Assembly (NCBI GenBank): GCA_040954595.2
Contig: CM082589.2
Location: forward strand, 6,011,186 to 6,075,185
From: Balanoglossus misakiensis
Taxonomy: Eukaryota > Animalia > Hemichordata
Length of the DNA: 64,000 nucleotides
Direction: 5' to 3'
Position 1 is the first letter of the stretch. The number at the start of each line of letters is the position of its first letter. A program made the position numbers and the translations under genes. Below are positions 15,201 through 28,400 of this stretch, piece by piece. The notes under the pieces were generated by a model. It was given only the letters and a program-made list of their open reading frames with translations, made no database searches and was not told where the DNA came from.

Positions 15201-16398
15201 TCAGTAACTCAGCTAGTCGACTCATCAGTACTCTGCTATGCACGGAAATGTATATACACTAGACACAACCACGTAAGAAAATACACGAGTGACTACACTT
15301 TAGAAAGATTTGTACAAGTTCTCTTCTAAATTTGAACGATTCCTTTACATTTCTAAACTTGCAAAATTAATGAGTACCAGCATTATAAACAAGGCACACG
15401 CACATACAAGATGAATAATATGACGAAAAGCAGAATCCTAATTAGTAATTATACAACACTCATGAACATGTTTTTGATTTTTGAATCTTTAACAACGTCA
15501 ATAATTTAACCAATTACTGTCGGATGTGGTATTTTTTCATGATACATCAATTTTTTAAAATCCCCTCAATGGAAAATGACAATCATTAATGATGTGATAT
15601 CATCAATAATCAACTAAACGCAGCAATGAGAGCGATAAATTGCCTGAGATTGTTTCGTATTCAGGACACGTGTGGCACAAACGGTAATGATATTTTATGT
15701 AAGTAGTGGTTGCTAAGCAAACAGTCTTTACCAAAATGTCAAATGTCACATTTCCTGTTTTTTTTTTTTCAAAATAAACATCCGTGCTGAAAGATAGGAT
15801 AGTTTCAAACCAAAATACAACAATCTATTTTTTTAACCCTTTCACCCCCATTTCCTTTTAAAGAGGTCCAACCTCACCATGGGAAACAGTGGGTTTGGAC
15901 TGAACCACGGTGGTGAAAGGGTTATATTGACAAGTGTGGTAACTTTTCACCGTTAATTTAAGTTTTAAACCAGACTGTACCTTCGTCTTCTGCAGAGGGC
16001 GCTTCCTCAGTGGAGGACTGTTTGACTTTCTGCGGTGACTTGGGTCCCTGTCGTTGGGGAGACGCGGTTTGTTGAGGGACCGTCTCCTGCATCACTTTCT
16101 TCTTTTTCTCTTCGTCCACGCTCTTCTTCTTCTCCTTGCCGACCTGTTTCTTGCTCCTGTCCTTCGGGGACGACTGCGGAGATGAGTCCTCGGCCCTCTC
16201 CTTGTCCCGGGAGGTCGGCGACGGCGACGGCTTTCGCTTGCCGTTCTCTTCGGAGCTGATGTCGCCGTTGCTCAGGGGCTTCTGGTCCTTTTCTCGCTGT
16301 CAAGAGAAGCACAATTTAAATACAATTTAGTATAGTTGGCACCTCTAGAGATTAAATTCAAAATTTTAATTGATAGTACAAGAATCGTATGGTGGTAG

Positions 16399-16455
<57 letters not shown>

Positions 16456-19400
16456 CGACGACGACAATGGCGACAATGATGATGATTATAAACGACAATG
16501 ATGACGACGATGTTGGCAACTATGAAATAAAAAATGGTAGCCATAGCCCCTAACACTATGAGACAGTCTGGCTACAATATGGCAGTATAAGCAGGGACTG
16601 AACAAACAAGAGAAATGTGGCAAATATCAGAACGTTGACGTTTGGCACCCACGCTTTGTACAACGACTAAATAAACTCTCAACAAGTGGTTTCCCTATTG
16701 AATTCAATCCAATCTCAGCTATAAAGCCTTTTCAAAGCAGACGACTGGCACCTTACCATGTATACATTTCAATTGATGTAATGATCTACAGTTTTTATCA
16801 GGCAACGGTTTTCGAAGCCACGAGGGACTAATCAGCAATTTGTATTCTAAATGCCGACTGAGACGTCTGACTTCACTGCTGAATGACTTCTGCATTGGTT
16901 GGGGTTGTACGACTGTCGCCCCGAGTGATATGAGGTGACTGCAGTAGACACACACAGCCCACTTGCATATATGCATGCACCAACGCTGTTCCACCACAGG
17001 CTGTATTTCACAACCATGTAATCTTATTAGCTTAAGTGGAAATCACATCCCAACAATCTTTTTACATCACCTACTTAGTTTCTCAGGTGATGATCGACGA
17101 TAGCTGTTGTTGAATAGTCTTTGGATATTAGACTGTGACTTACAAGTTGCATGCTGTACACAATCGTCCCGGGAAGAAGCTATTTCAAGTCTAGACATAC
17201 ATGTATGCGATTATATTGACAGGAAATTTACTTTTGGAAGAGGCTGTCTAATCATATAACACAAACAAGACTACATCCAAAGTTAGACGTACATGATTGT
17301 CCTTGGAAGTGGTACCCTTCTGTGAGAGAAAAATGTCGTGGGAAGAGGCTACTAGCCTTGCATGGTAGTAATCCTACTGCCCTGCCCCTGGAAAGGGTGT
17401 GTAACCGGTAGAATCTCGAAGGTCTTCTCATAGATTACATTCAACTGCTCTGCACATGTTCAGAGATTGGGTTGACAGAGAAATCAATCTATCGTAATAC
17501 GAGGCCACTGCTGGTCACAAAGCAGTTAGACCCTTGCCAACCAGGCAAGCTTAGAAACAGCCACCACTATTGCCCCGGGTAGAAACCTGTTGCCTTCAAA
17601 ATCATGCAGATATTAATTGGATTGGGAAGCCTGACTACTTCCCTTGAAAACTAAGCACACATCCCTGGGAAGAAACTGCACTTTTGCAAGCTTAGACAAC
17701 AATTGCCCTCGGAAGAGGTTGCTACCCTAGAAAGTCGAGACCGCTACCCTGGGAAACCCTGGGAAGAGACAGCTTAATTCCGTAATACTTCCCAAGAAAG
17801 AGAAACTGTAGGAAAGACAGTACTCCATGATTGTCATGAGGAAACAGTCACACAGTATTACTGCTAGATACTCTATGTGTACAGTCGAATCTCTCAAAGT
17901 AAATTCATCATACGACAGATTTTAACTCAGGAATCTTTTATGCCCAACTAGTGTGCACAGTATACATGTACAGTTTGTGAGAGTGACAGCGATACATGTT
18001 ATTCTTAAAATAATTTGCATTCACTGTGATAAAATTGATTTGTGATTTGTTCCAGGATCATGACATTAATTAATTCACCTCTGCTGTGAGTGCTCGGCTG
18101 CTGTGAATTGTAAAAGCCTCTTAGTTTATGGGATTCAATTCAACTATAATTTTGATAAATATCTGTCATGGGAACACCCCCGGTTCCCAATAGCGTGATC
18201 TGTCAGACAATCATGAAATATTTAATGGGACCGCTGCATTTCCAGCAAATAGGCAAGGAGGCTCAATGCGCACGAGATAAATCAGAATCATTTGAAGTGA
18301 ATTTTTTCTCTGTTGAATTTTGAAAACCACCTGCTACTGAAGGAAGATGCAGCCTTTAACATTGGTCCAGACTGCCTGGGAATCTACCCTCCCTTGTTTG
18401 AACAGAAGACAGCCCCCGCAGTATTTAGCTGCTCTAGTTTCATCCACCACAGCAAACAGGAACAAGGGTTAATGCATGTATCTCTGAAACACCCACTTAC
18501 GGTTAATAATCCCTGCAGACTAATAGAGCTACTAAAAGTCTACTTCCAAGTTCCAGGCAGACGACCAAATAAAATGAATCATGGCAACTGATGACTCCAT
18601 GGTGATTTTTTTTTCTGTACTCTAGTATATATTACATGATTTTAATATCAAGCTTGAACTTGACAGGCATTGGTACCATTTGCATATTAGAACCACCTGA
18701 TTTTTGGTACTTTTAATACCAAATTGAGCAAGTCGGTATCAATTTTTCCTTGTGTTCGAAATCAAATCTAATCAGCAATTTCAGTTTGATAATCCAATCT
18801 ATTCCTGAAAACTACAGAGTAATCACACAGCACTTGGCACTGAATCTAATTTTGCCAGATCCTGTCAAAACGAGTACGTGTTTGAAAACCGGAACGCAAG
18901 TTGATGACTCATTCACGTTCACAGCACACTAACCTAGATTACACAGTCGTGAACCCGTCAACTTTTCACCTGTTGCCTGCGGTGGTTTTTGCCGTGCACG
19001 TACAGTGCCTGAGTGAAATAACGAGGTTTCAGTCCTCAAGTCACTCGTAATACAGCTTCGCAAGCAAATTTTTTGTGCTTCACACACATTTTGAAATGCT
19101 AGCCCAACATATAGTGCCTTAAGTATACATGTATGTCAGCCAATGCATGTCCCAGGTAATAATTCATAGGAAACTGCACTGATGTAAAATTCACTGTCTC
19201 AGACAGAACTGCACAATGACAGACAGATTTTGTCGTAAATCGATCGATAAATCACAGCAACAGATGAATAAACTACTGAATTAACGTCACACTCAACACA
19301 TCCATTTATTAATGCTTTTAATATTTCATGCGGCCGATTGAGTATAATCCTCTCCCCGCGCAGCTGCCTGTCTGAGCCGGGCTAAATCTGTGTGACACTG

Positions 19401-22400
19401 TCAACAGCGCAGGGGTCATTTGAGGACGCAGAGTTCAAAGGTCACTGAACTGTTCGGGAGCGGTGGTTTGTTGGTTGACTCAGGTGTCAGGGATCATACA
19501 TATACCAAGACATATTACAAATACTGGAAATTTGACCAGTCCACTCCATAAACGCACAAGCGCGAGCAAAAGCAAGTGCATAGATGACGTCATGAATGGT
19601 CAAAATGTCATGGTACATCATTACCCGGGGGTGGTTTATTGCTTACATGCTGAACAGCAAACAGGATTTCTATGGATAACAATAAAACCAATTTAGAACA
19701 GTCAGCAATGCACACCTACACACAGGCACTGTGCTTGAGTAACCTGCCAGACCTTTAGAATTAAAGCAGTTATCATACGAACGACTCCTTGCACACATCA
19801 AGAAATGATGAAGCCATATAAAGTATATAATGCGCTTCTGGGGATAGATTTTCAGAAAAATGGTAGTTCCCAACTTTAGTATTCTTTTCTATATTAAAGT
19901 ATGTGAGGATTCTTTTCGAAAACAAAGAAAGAAATTTGGTTACTTTTCTCCATAGAGTTGACACACAGATAGATTTGGCGGCCATTTTGAATTTCAAATT
20001 TGTTGAGCTATATACAAGACTACAGCCCATCTGTGGATAAAGCAACATGGCCTTCTTGATAAATTATAGACATTTTTAAAGAATTGAGTTTAAAATGTCA
20101 TTTTAGCACTTACATGTAGTTGCCATTTACATCTCTCTTTTTAACACAGAATTTATTTTACGCACGGAATTAAAAATTCAACAAGAAACTTGTTTCAAGC
20201 CTGATTTCCCACTTTCCTTCCAGTCTGCCTCAACCAATCCACTTTGATGACGCACATTTTGAGTCTTAAAATGCCATGGAGTGCAAAACGTGGCTGAAAC
20301 AAAATGTCAATGCAAACATTGATGTGCTCACGGTGCAATTGATGACATTTCAAAAACTTGCCTCTGACAAGTAACATTCAAAATATCTTCAATCTTGCCT
20401 GAAACCTTATGGCATTTGCCTGATTTTGCTTCAATTAGGCTCCACTTTGCAATAGTTTCACGTTTTTATGGCGCCTAAAATTGGGTAATGCGTTGCCAAA
20501 TCAATTACAGTCTATGGATCATTAACCCTTTCACCCCCAGTTGCCTCTATAGAGGTCCAAATTTACCATATAAAAACAATGGATTTGGACCAAACCATAG
20601 TGGTAAAAGGGTTAAACTTTCTCTGACAGTATGCTGCCACGCACTAGATAACAAATTTTACAATTTACACTCTGGTAAGAATTGAAGATTTGTGAAAATG
20701 TTTGATTCCACATGTACTAGGAAACTGGTCTGTTACTCTAAAGGGTTCATCACACCATAAAATTATCTGAAAGTTCTATTAAAAACAATGCATGTAAAAC
20801 CTCAGATGCATGTTATAAATACACACACGATTCTTACACAACAGTGATGCACCATATGGCCCTTGAATAGACGATGTCCTGTACAATTGCTCATCTGAAA
20901 GATTTGACGATTGACAAAAGAAGTACAATATTCTACGAGAAAAAATGCCAAACTGGTTGATTATAAGCACTGTGGTACACAAACACACACAAGTCTCAGT
21001 TAACACTCCGCAGGTAATTTTAATACTAGTAACAAGCCCTTCCATATGGAATGTTTTATGCAAACATATAAGTACAATACTGCAAAATAGGTCAGGCATG
21101 TACTGCAACGTGTCAAAGAAATATTGGTCTCATAACATGTGACAAAACTTTCAAAATACAGAAATAGAACATGTACAATCTCACATCATTTAAGTTTGTA
21201 ACATGCTGAGTCTGGGCCTTGTTACTATTTGCAGACATGGCTACACCTGTTACCATGGCGCATGTACTATTTTCTTTCAGAGATCGATCAACTGGAAAGA
21301 TTATGGCTGCCGTGGTTTTAATAATTCAGCGACAATAAAAATATTGTAGACACAAAGAATGAGTGTTATCGTAAAAACACTGTGGTGGGCGTTATAAACT
21401 TAGACTGCATGGGACGTTCCAGTGTCCACAGAAATTCAATACACTGGTACGTCCAACCTTTGTAAACGCAGAGCCAAACAGATGTTGCTCGACATGAATA
21501 TACGCAATGTTACACATAAAGGGTGCAGTCAAAAGTACATGGTGGTACACAAAGAGTAATTTCTCTGCCCTTTAGGTCATGTGACATTGAAAAGGTCCAT
21601 CCGCAACTGCTGATCAACGGTATGCAAATTTGTCCTCGGCGGCGGTGTATTGTATGCCAATGCATTGAGTACCCCGGGTGTGTTTAGCATATAAATTTAT
21701 ATATACAAATGTATGCCAAGAGTCTACTGTACAGTGTCATGTTATTGTGAAAAGTCCATCCTGTCTCTCCCCCCCCCCTCCCTCTTTTGCCATGATGGTT
21801 CCAACCATATCCTGGAAAACAATATGGCTGAATGAAGTTCTGGTAATGAAAGGGGTTGTTCGTAATCTCTGAAACTGACAACATCAATGGTACAAACTGC
21901 TCATTTACCTATGTTTTCCACAGAAATCTAACTACTGATCGACTTGTCGGCTAATGAAAACGACTTAAACATGGGCCTTAAAAATGGAGTTGACTATTTT
22001 AATCTTAGAAAGCAATCAAACGAGTGGGATGTTGTGTGTGCTTTTAATACCAGAGGTAAATCAGTCCAACTTTGTCCGCCCACACACCACACACCAAATA
22101 GTTTCACAAATAAGCATTTTCTCTCGATACAACAAATGCGGTTATTCCACTTTCAAAAGACATGTATCTGAAGATCACAGTACAGATATTTGAAAATGTA
22201 AGCTTTTGGAAGCATTTCTATGAAAAATTTAGCAATATTTGCTGTAAAGGAATGCGTTTTGACGAATCAGATTAATATCAGATAAAGAGATGCCTAGGTC
22301 TTTACATTTTTTTGCTGTTTCTGTTCTTCACTTCTACAATCCTCACCATATCCGAAAAACAGAGCAGCAACAAAGCGGCAAATAAAAAGATTGAGCTAAC

Positions 22401-25400
22401 CCTACATATGATTTTAATTCTCCTTTCATGCAAGTGAAACCAGTTTGTACATGTAATGACAACACATTACCTAGGCCTACAACACAAAACATATCATCCA
22501 CACCAAATTACTATTCCTGAGCTGCTAACCTCCATTGATTTTTCAAAGCCTGGCCTCTCAATTCTCATTGATTTCTTCTTTTTCTGTTTCCATAAATGGA
22601 CACGTTCTGGACAGGCATCTTTCAGACACCTTGGCTTACAAGTTATAGTTCTCACCTCACATCAATCTACATGATGATGTTTACTGGCTTACACATTATG
22701 ATGTGTCCACCAGCACCTAATTCCACTGCTTGGTACATTGCCAAAAAACCCCACTAAATTTACATGCTTTAACCCAACTAAAACACTGTCAGCTGAATGA
22801 ACATAATTAACACTCCTAGCCAATCAAAGTAATATTATCAACACTTGCAGCCAATGAAATTTAATCAAACATGCAAGCATACACAAACAAAAATGTTGAA
22901 TATGTTGGTACGTGTGGTGTGAAAAATCGGTCAACAGGCCACCAACCTATACATCAATCCACATAAAAAAACAAGCTTCTGTCATATCACATTAAAATTG
23001 GCTTCTCACCAACTATTAAACAAAATAAAAAAACTATTTCAAACTCTTCCAGGGGTCAAAGGTGAAAGGTCACAACCTTACACAATATTATATTGTATGC
23101 TAATGGCGAAGTAGTGTGTTTACAGCTTGACATATCATATCAGTATAAGACCTTGTCAGGTTTTTACAAAATGAAAAGCATCTGATTTCTTGTGAATGGA
23201 TTTCGTTCCTTAGAATTACTGCACAAAGATAACAAAGTCTGATTCGGGGCTATCCAATACTTGTAAACAAATGATGTACGTTGATACGACACATTGTAAG
23301 TACTTCAGAGGGGTGCGTGCCACCATTACATAGCAACATAAAGGCAGCTACATGAACCTAAAGGAAGTTCAACTGAACCAGGTTTATACGATTAGATCTG
23401 GCAACACGGAAAGAGACGGTCACGAAACGACCACGCTTGCAGTAAATGTTTGCAAATTGCCGCTGCAAAAAAATATCTAGCTAGAAAAGCGTCATTATGC
23501 TTAGTGACGGAATTACCTGAAAGTTTATGTGATACCACAGAATTGCTGTTTAGCCTTGCCTGTTCGAGTGAACATTGAGAGACGAGATATACCGAAGAGA
23601 AACATGACACAGCTGGCAGTGTTTCATCCTATTCAATAGATCTTCGAAAAGCCAGGGAACACGTCAACCTTGGACAGAATTTGACACCCACCAAGCACAA
23701 GGCCTGAATTGAAGTTGTGGATGAAAGTTTCATCAACGATTTGCTGTACGTCTTACAATCTATCATGGAACCCACAGCCAAAAACAAGCTCTCGTCACCA
23801 ATGATAATTATTGCACCACCAATTTAGAGTCCAGAAATTTTGGTAGAATAATAACACATCTTACTAAAAAACATAAGGGAACCAATCAAAAGAAAAAAAA
23901 CATGAAAAAGTCATTCTAGATAACTATATTTAGTCGACTATATTTTTGACATGTTTTACTCAATGAAAAAGGTCATTCAATTAGCGATCCTACGTCATAC
24001 ACACCATTTGCGTAAGTGACAGTGGCTGCAGTGGTACATAAAAATAGCAAAAATAAAAGCTTGTGATTTATTAGGTTTCCACCTGAACTGGCTCAACAAT
24101 TTATTTTTATCATTTTTAAGTTGTTTTGGTGTGACAATTTTCAGCACATATCGGCAGCCCAAAATTGTGAATTTTCAATATGAAGAAGAGTCGTTGTGAG
24201 CTACCAATAGCCATTTTTGTCTAAGCGTGATAAAAAAGATCCTGTGCATTGTATGCAGATGCAATAACGAAACATATAATATAATGGGTTTTTTTCCAAA
24301 TGTAATCTAACATGATACTGATAACACATCCCATAACATGCCACAAGGTGGTAAACCTCTTTCCAGAAGTCAGCTGCTGCAAAAAAATCCTTTTACCTCA
24401 CTTTAATCTTGGCAAAAATCCCTATGGCGATGTTACCGTGGAAACAGCCTTCTTGTAACCATGGGAACAAACTCGTTTACGACAAGCCATGCTTTGACGG
24501 AAGCGAACCGTGCTTTGTGGAATGCCGAGACTCTAAAGATACCACAGATTGAGGGTTTGGGGAACGTACACAGCAATCTCTGCACTGACTGAAAATAAAC
24601 TACGGTAAGTGGAGCTACCTACGGGCATGAACTGCTCTAACCAAACAACAGATATTCAAGAAAAACAAAACATCTCCAAAACATTTCAGTACTTTAAAGT
24701 GTGTGAGAAGCAGGAACTGGCCAGTAATCAATTTAGCAGAACTTTGCGAGCTGATATTTATTGGCCTTTAATACAAGGCTGCTCCTGATTGGCTGACTAC
24801 ATTTTCTCACCTACATGCACTCTTATCTCACATTAGCCTGTACAATGCACAGTTTCGCCAATTTTAGCATCACACTACAGGGATGAAGAAAACAGCAGGC
24901 AGCCAGCAAAAACACCCGGCTGATGGCAAAAACCCTAATGGCTGTGCATTGAGGAATATTTCCTTTTATGAGAATTCAGGGACATCTGCACAAATGTATA
25001 TATCCCCACTTGTAACTGGCAATACTTTTATTTTTTGTCGCCGGTGACGAACATTTTCAACATCCCTACATTGCTACACTACATGGTGAAAGTAAGTTGT
25101 GCTTACATCTGCAGCTTCCATATCTTCTGCTAATAGTTTCTGATTGACACCACACATGTTAGGTACTTTGTCTTTGCATCTGTGGTGAATATTCGCATTG
25201 CAAACTGGAAATGAAGAGTACCATGCCATTCATAATATATTCATAATTTCAGCTCTCTTTAAAGGACCATTAGCTGTAACTTTTGGCTTTATTTTCAGGA
25301 TTTTTGTTGTGTATAAAATGCAATATCTACTCCAAACAGCATGCTGATATACCCAATACTCAAGTTTTCAACATAGCCTGTATGTGTGTAATGGCCATTG

Positions 25401-28400
25401 TTATTGTTGACAAATAAATTCTAGTCTGGACTTGAATTCAAATTTTGCACAATAACAATGCTGACTATACACACATATGTTGTGTTGATAAAGCTAAATG
25501 CTGAGCATTTCATCCTGTACTGAAACTGCAGTAGATACACAAAACAAAAAGTGAAGACATAGCAAAAAGTTACAGCTAATGGAGCTATACATTTGATATC
25601 AATATTATATTAACACGTTGCCCATGAAAAGATTATACAAAGAGCATGAATTTATAGACACAACTGGAAATTGAACAATTGCTAGATTGATATTTTTGGC
25701 AATGTACAAATCAGTTTTAATGATGTACTGATTGTTTTCCACTCAGTGTAAAGATCTCAAGCGTTTTCAGCCATGAATTCAGAGTAAGGCAAGGTTTGTA
25801 CACGTGGGGACTATCTATACAAGGGTGGCTTGAAATCAGCAAGAGTGGAGAGTGTGTCGATGTTGGCGACGTACCTTCACACTTCAGTCCCTGCCTAATT
25901 ATTCCAAACAGCATGCTACCACAATGATCACAGAAAGTCGGAATCTTATACGAGTACACCTTGAAACGGTGGGGTACATCAATCTTGAGTCTCTAAGATC
26001 AAAAAATCACATAAAAGTGTAAAACCGAAGATTGCCACAATGATTAAAGGGGGAGTGTCATCTGATCTGCACATGTGCGACTTAATAAAAACACACCATC
26101 AGCATTCCCCCCCCCCCCCCCCTGTTTAGGGAGACCCTACCATCCAATACATGTTATAACTTGGAAATGTGATAAAGAGTAAGGATGCATTGTCTGGCAT
26201 GATATAAATTTTCCACATCAAACAAAAGTGACCAAATTGTGAATATATATAGGTTATCAAAGACGTCATGATAGTTGTTCTGATAACAAGGCAGACATAC
26301 CTAAACTAAAAGCTGAGACTGCAGCCTTGATATTACTTAGTAATTGAGTTTATTGTACCACCTAGCATACTTGCACAATCATCTCCTCAAATAACATTGT
26401 TGACTTTATCAAATTTCTTCTCAAAATTTCAACTGCTTTATTTGCATGTTTTTGCAATTCGATGCAAATTTCATCCAGTGGATTTCGATTTGCGACAAAT
26501 CATTTTCTTATCACAAGACACACAGCGATACCTCGCCCTGTCTATCCCATGGGAACAACACAGATGTGCCTGTAACAGGTGAACTAGGTGAAGATATGAA
26601 GATATGTAACGCATGTTATGAACAATCTGGCAGAGGTCAAATGTCAGGATGATAAGAGACCGAATATGATAAATGCAGATGCACGCCAAGCCTATACTCT
26701 TAGGTAAAACAGAGCAAATTTTTTTTTTACAGTCACCCCCTCCCCCCCCCCCCCCAACAGGCTCCAAGTGTGAATGATCCACACAGTTCACAAAGCCACA
26801 TCTCGCATGTCACAAATAAGGACAGGAGCATATGGAATAAAGGTACATTCTATGTATCACACTAATAATTCACAAAATCCCCCATAAAATTTTCGACTAC
26901 GGATCAAGGCACATTAATCATCCTGTTTCATATCCTGGATATAGAGACAGGTCAATACTTAAAGGTGTCAAACAAAAGAACAGTCAACATTACTTTATTT
27001 TATTTTCCCCCAAACCTTCCAATCTTCTTTACAGAGGTCTCTCGGAATCATTCTGGACAGACAGACAGACAGACACTGTCAAGGTTGAAGGAATACAATC
27101 ACCTCTAATTTACATCTTCCCATTTATGGAAAATAGGACATGTCTGGCGGCGCACTTTGTTCACGAAGCCACACAGGTAAAAATCTGTCGATAGGTGGAT
27201 CTCCATTTCCATGGTAACTGTGGTTAAATAGGTATATGTGACCGAGGATACCTTTAATTAATTAAACCTGCAGCCTTTTACCCATCAATGATTCCAGTTG
27301 ATTCTTCAGAAAGGCCACAAGGTCAAGAAGCTATCTCTCTCATTCACACTACATGATTTTATGACCCCCTTCAAAGGTTATATTCAGACATTGTCCCTCT
27401 GTGATTCAGACAAGTTTTTTTTAATTTTTACTCTCTTGATGAAGTCTCAAAACAGGTGGTTGCCAAAAATAGTAACCCAGCTACAAGATTGAAAGTTGTG
27501 GGGGGGGGGGGGGGGGAATGCAACCCACAACACTATCTTTGCTGATAGACAGTTTACACACTGAGACCAAGGAAAACAGGACTCACCTTACAAGGCCACA
27601 CCTATCTCAAAAGTTTACAATATTTGATAATCAAATATAGAAAGCCCTAGCACTTGAGTAAATCATTAACCACATGTGTTTAATTACATTAGACACTCCA
27701 GACCTTTACTGTGAATGCACTTCCAAGTCTTGGGCTTTGCTAGATCAACACCACCACCATCATGTGCCCCTGTTCCAAAAGGTCAAAGGTCACACAAGAC
27801 CATTGATCTCATTTCTGAACTCTCACTGATTGGTGTTTGACTTAATAATACTTAACATTACAGCTTAATTAGAGGAAACACTGGAAATTCATTATCATAA
27901 TATCCTGTTAAATATAATTCCTGCATGTCATCAGAATTATTTTGATCATGATTCACAAACTATAGTGCCATAAATTTGATATCAATTTCAGAAATAAAAT
28001 CCAAACAAAACTATCATTATGCATTAATACACATCATGATGATGGTATGAGTATTTCCAAAACTGTTATCAGTAGCAACAAACTGTGAGTCACAGTTTAA
28101 ATCATCTTTTTTTCTACTGTCAAATGAAATGAAAACGGTTAAAATTAATTAAAAGTTACAGCTGCACGTTCAACACAAAACTCAATTTTGGGAAAAAATA
28201 TTGCCAACTTTGCTCAGAAAATATGCTACCATATGGTAAAAATTAAACGGTTTCAAAAAACTACATGGACAATAAAAAGGGCCAATATTTGTGTCGTCTT
28301 TATATAAATATACGGGTAAATCTTGTAACAATGTGATTTTGGCTGACCTCATTTGGTTGTTTGTTCAACTACTTCCACAAGTCTGGGTCACGCTGCATGT

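Noticed and set aside
16007-16312. 101-aa minus-strand ORF from the track
   Set aside because: Wrong frame of metadherin-like exon 2; splice phases select the REKDQK frame.
16272-16556. Poly-histidine ORF
   Set aside because: Translation of an intronic (GAT)n microsatellite.
25107-25992. A complete protein kinase C gene
   Set aside because: Only the C1B finger is present; no C2, C1A or kinase exons were found on this strand in the window.
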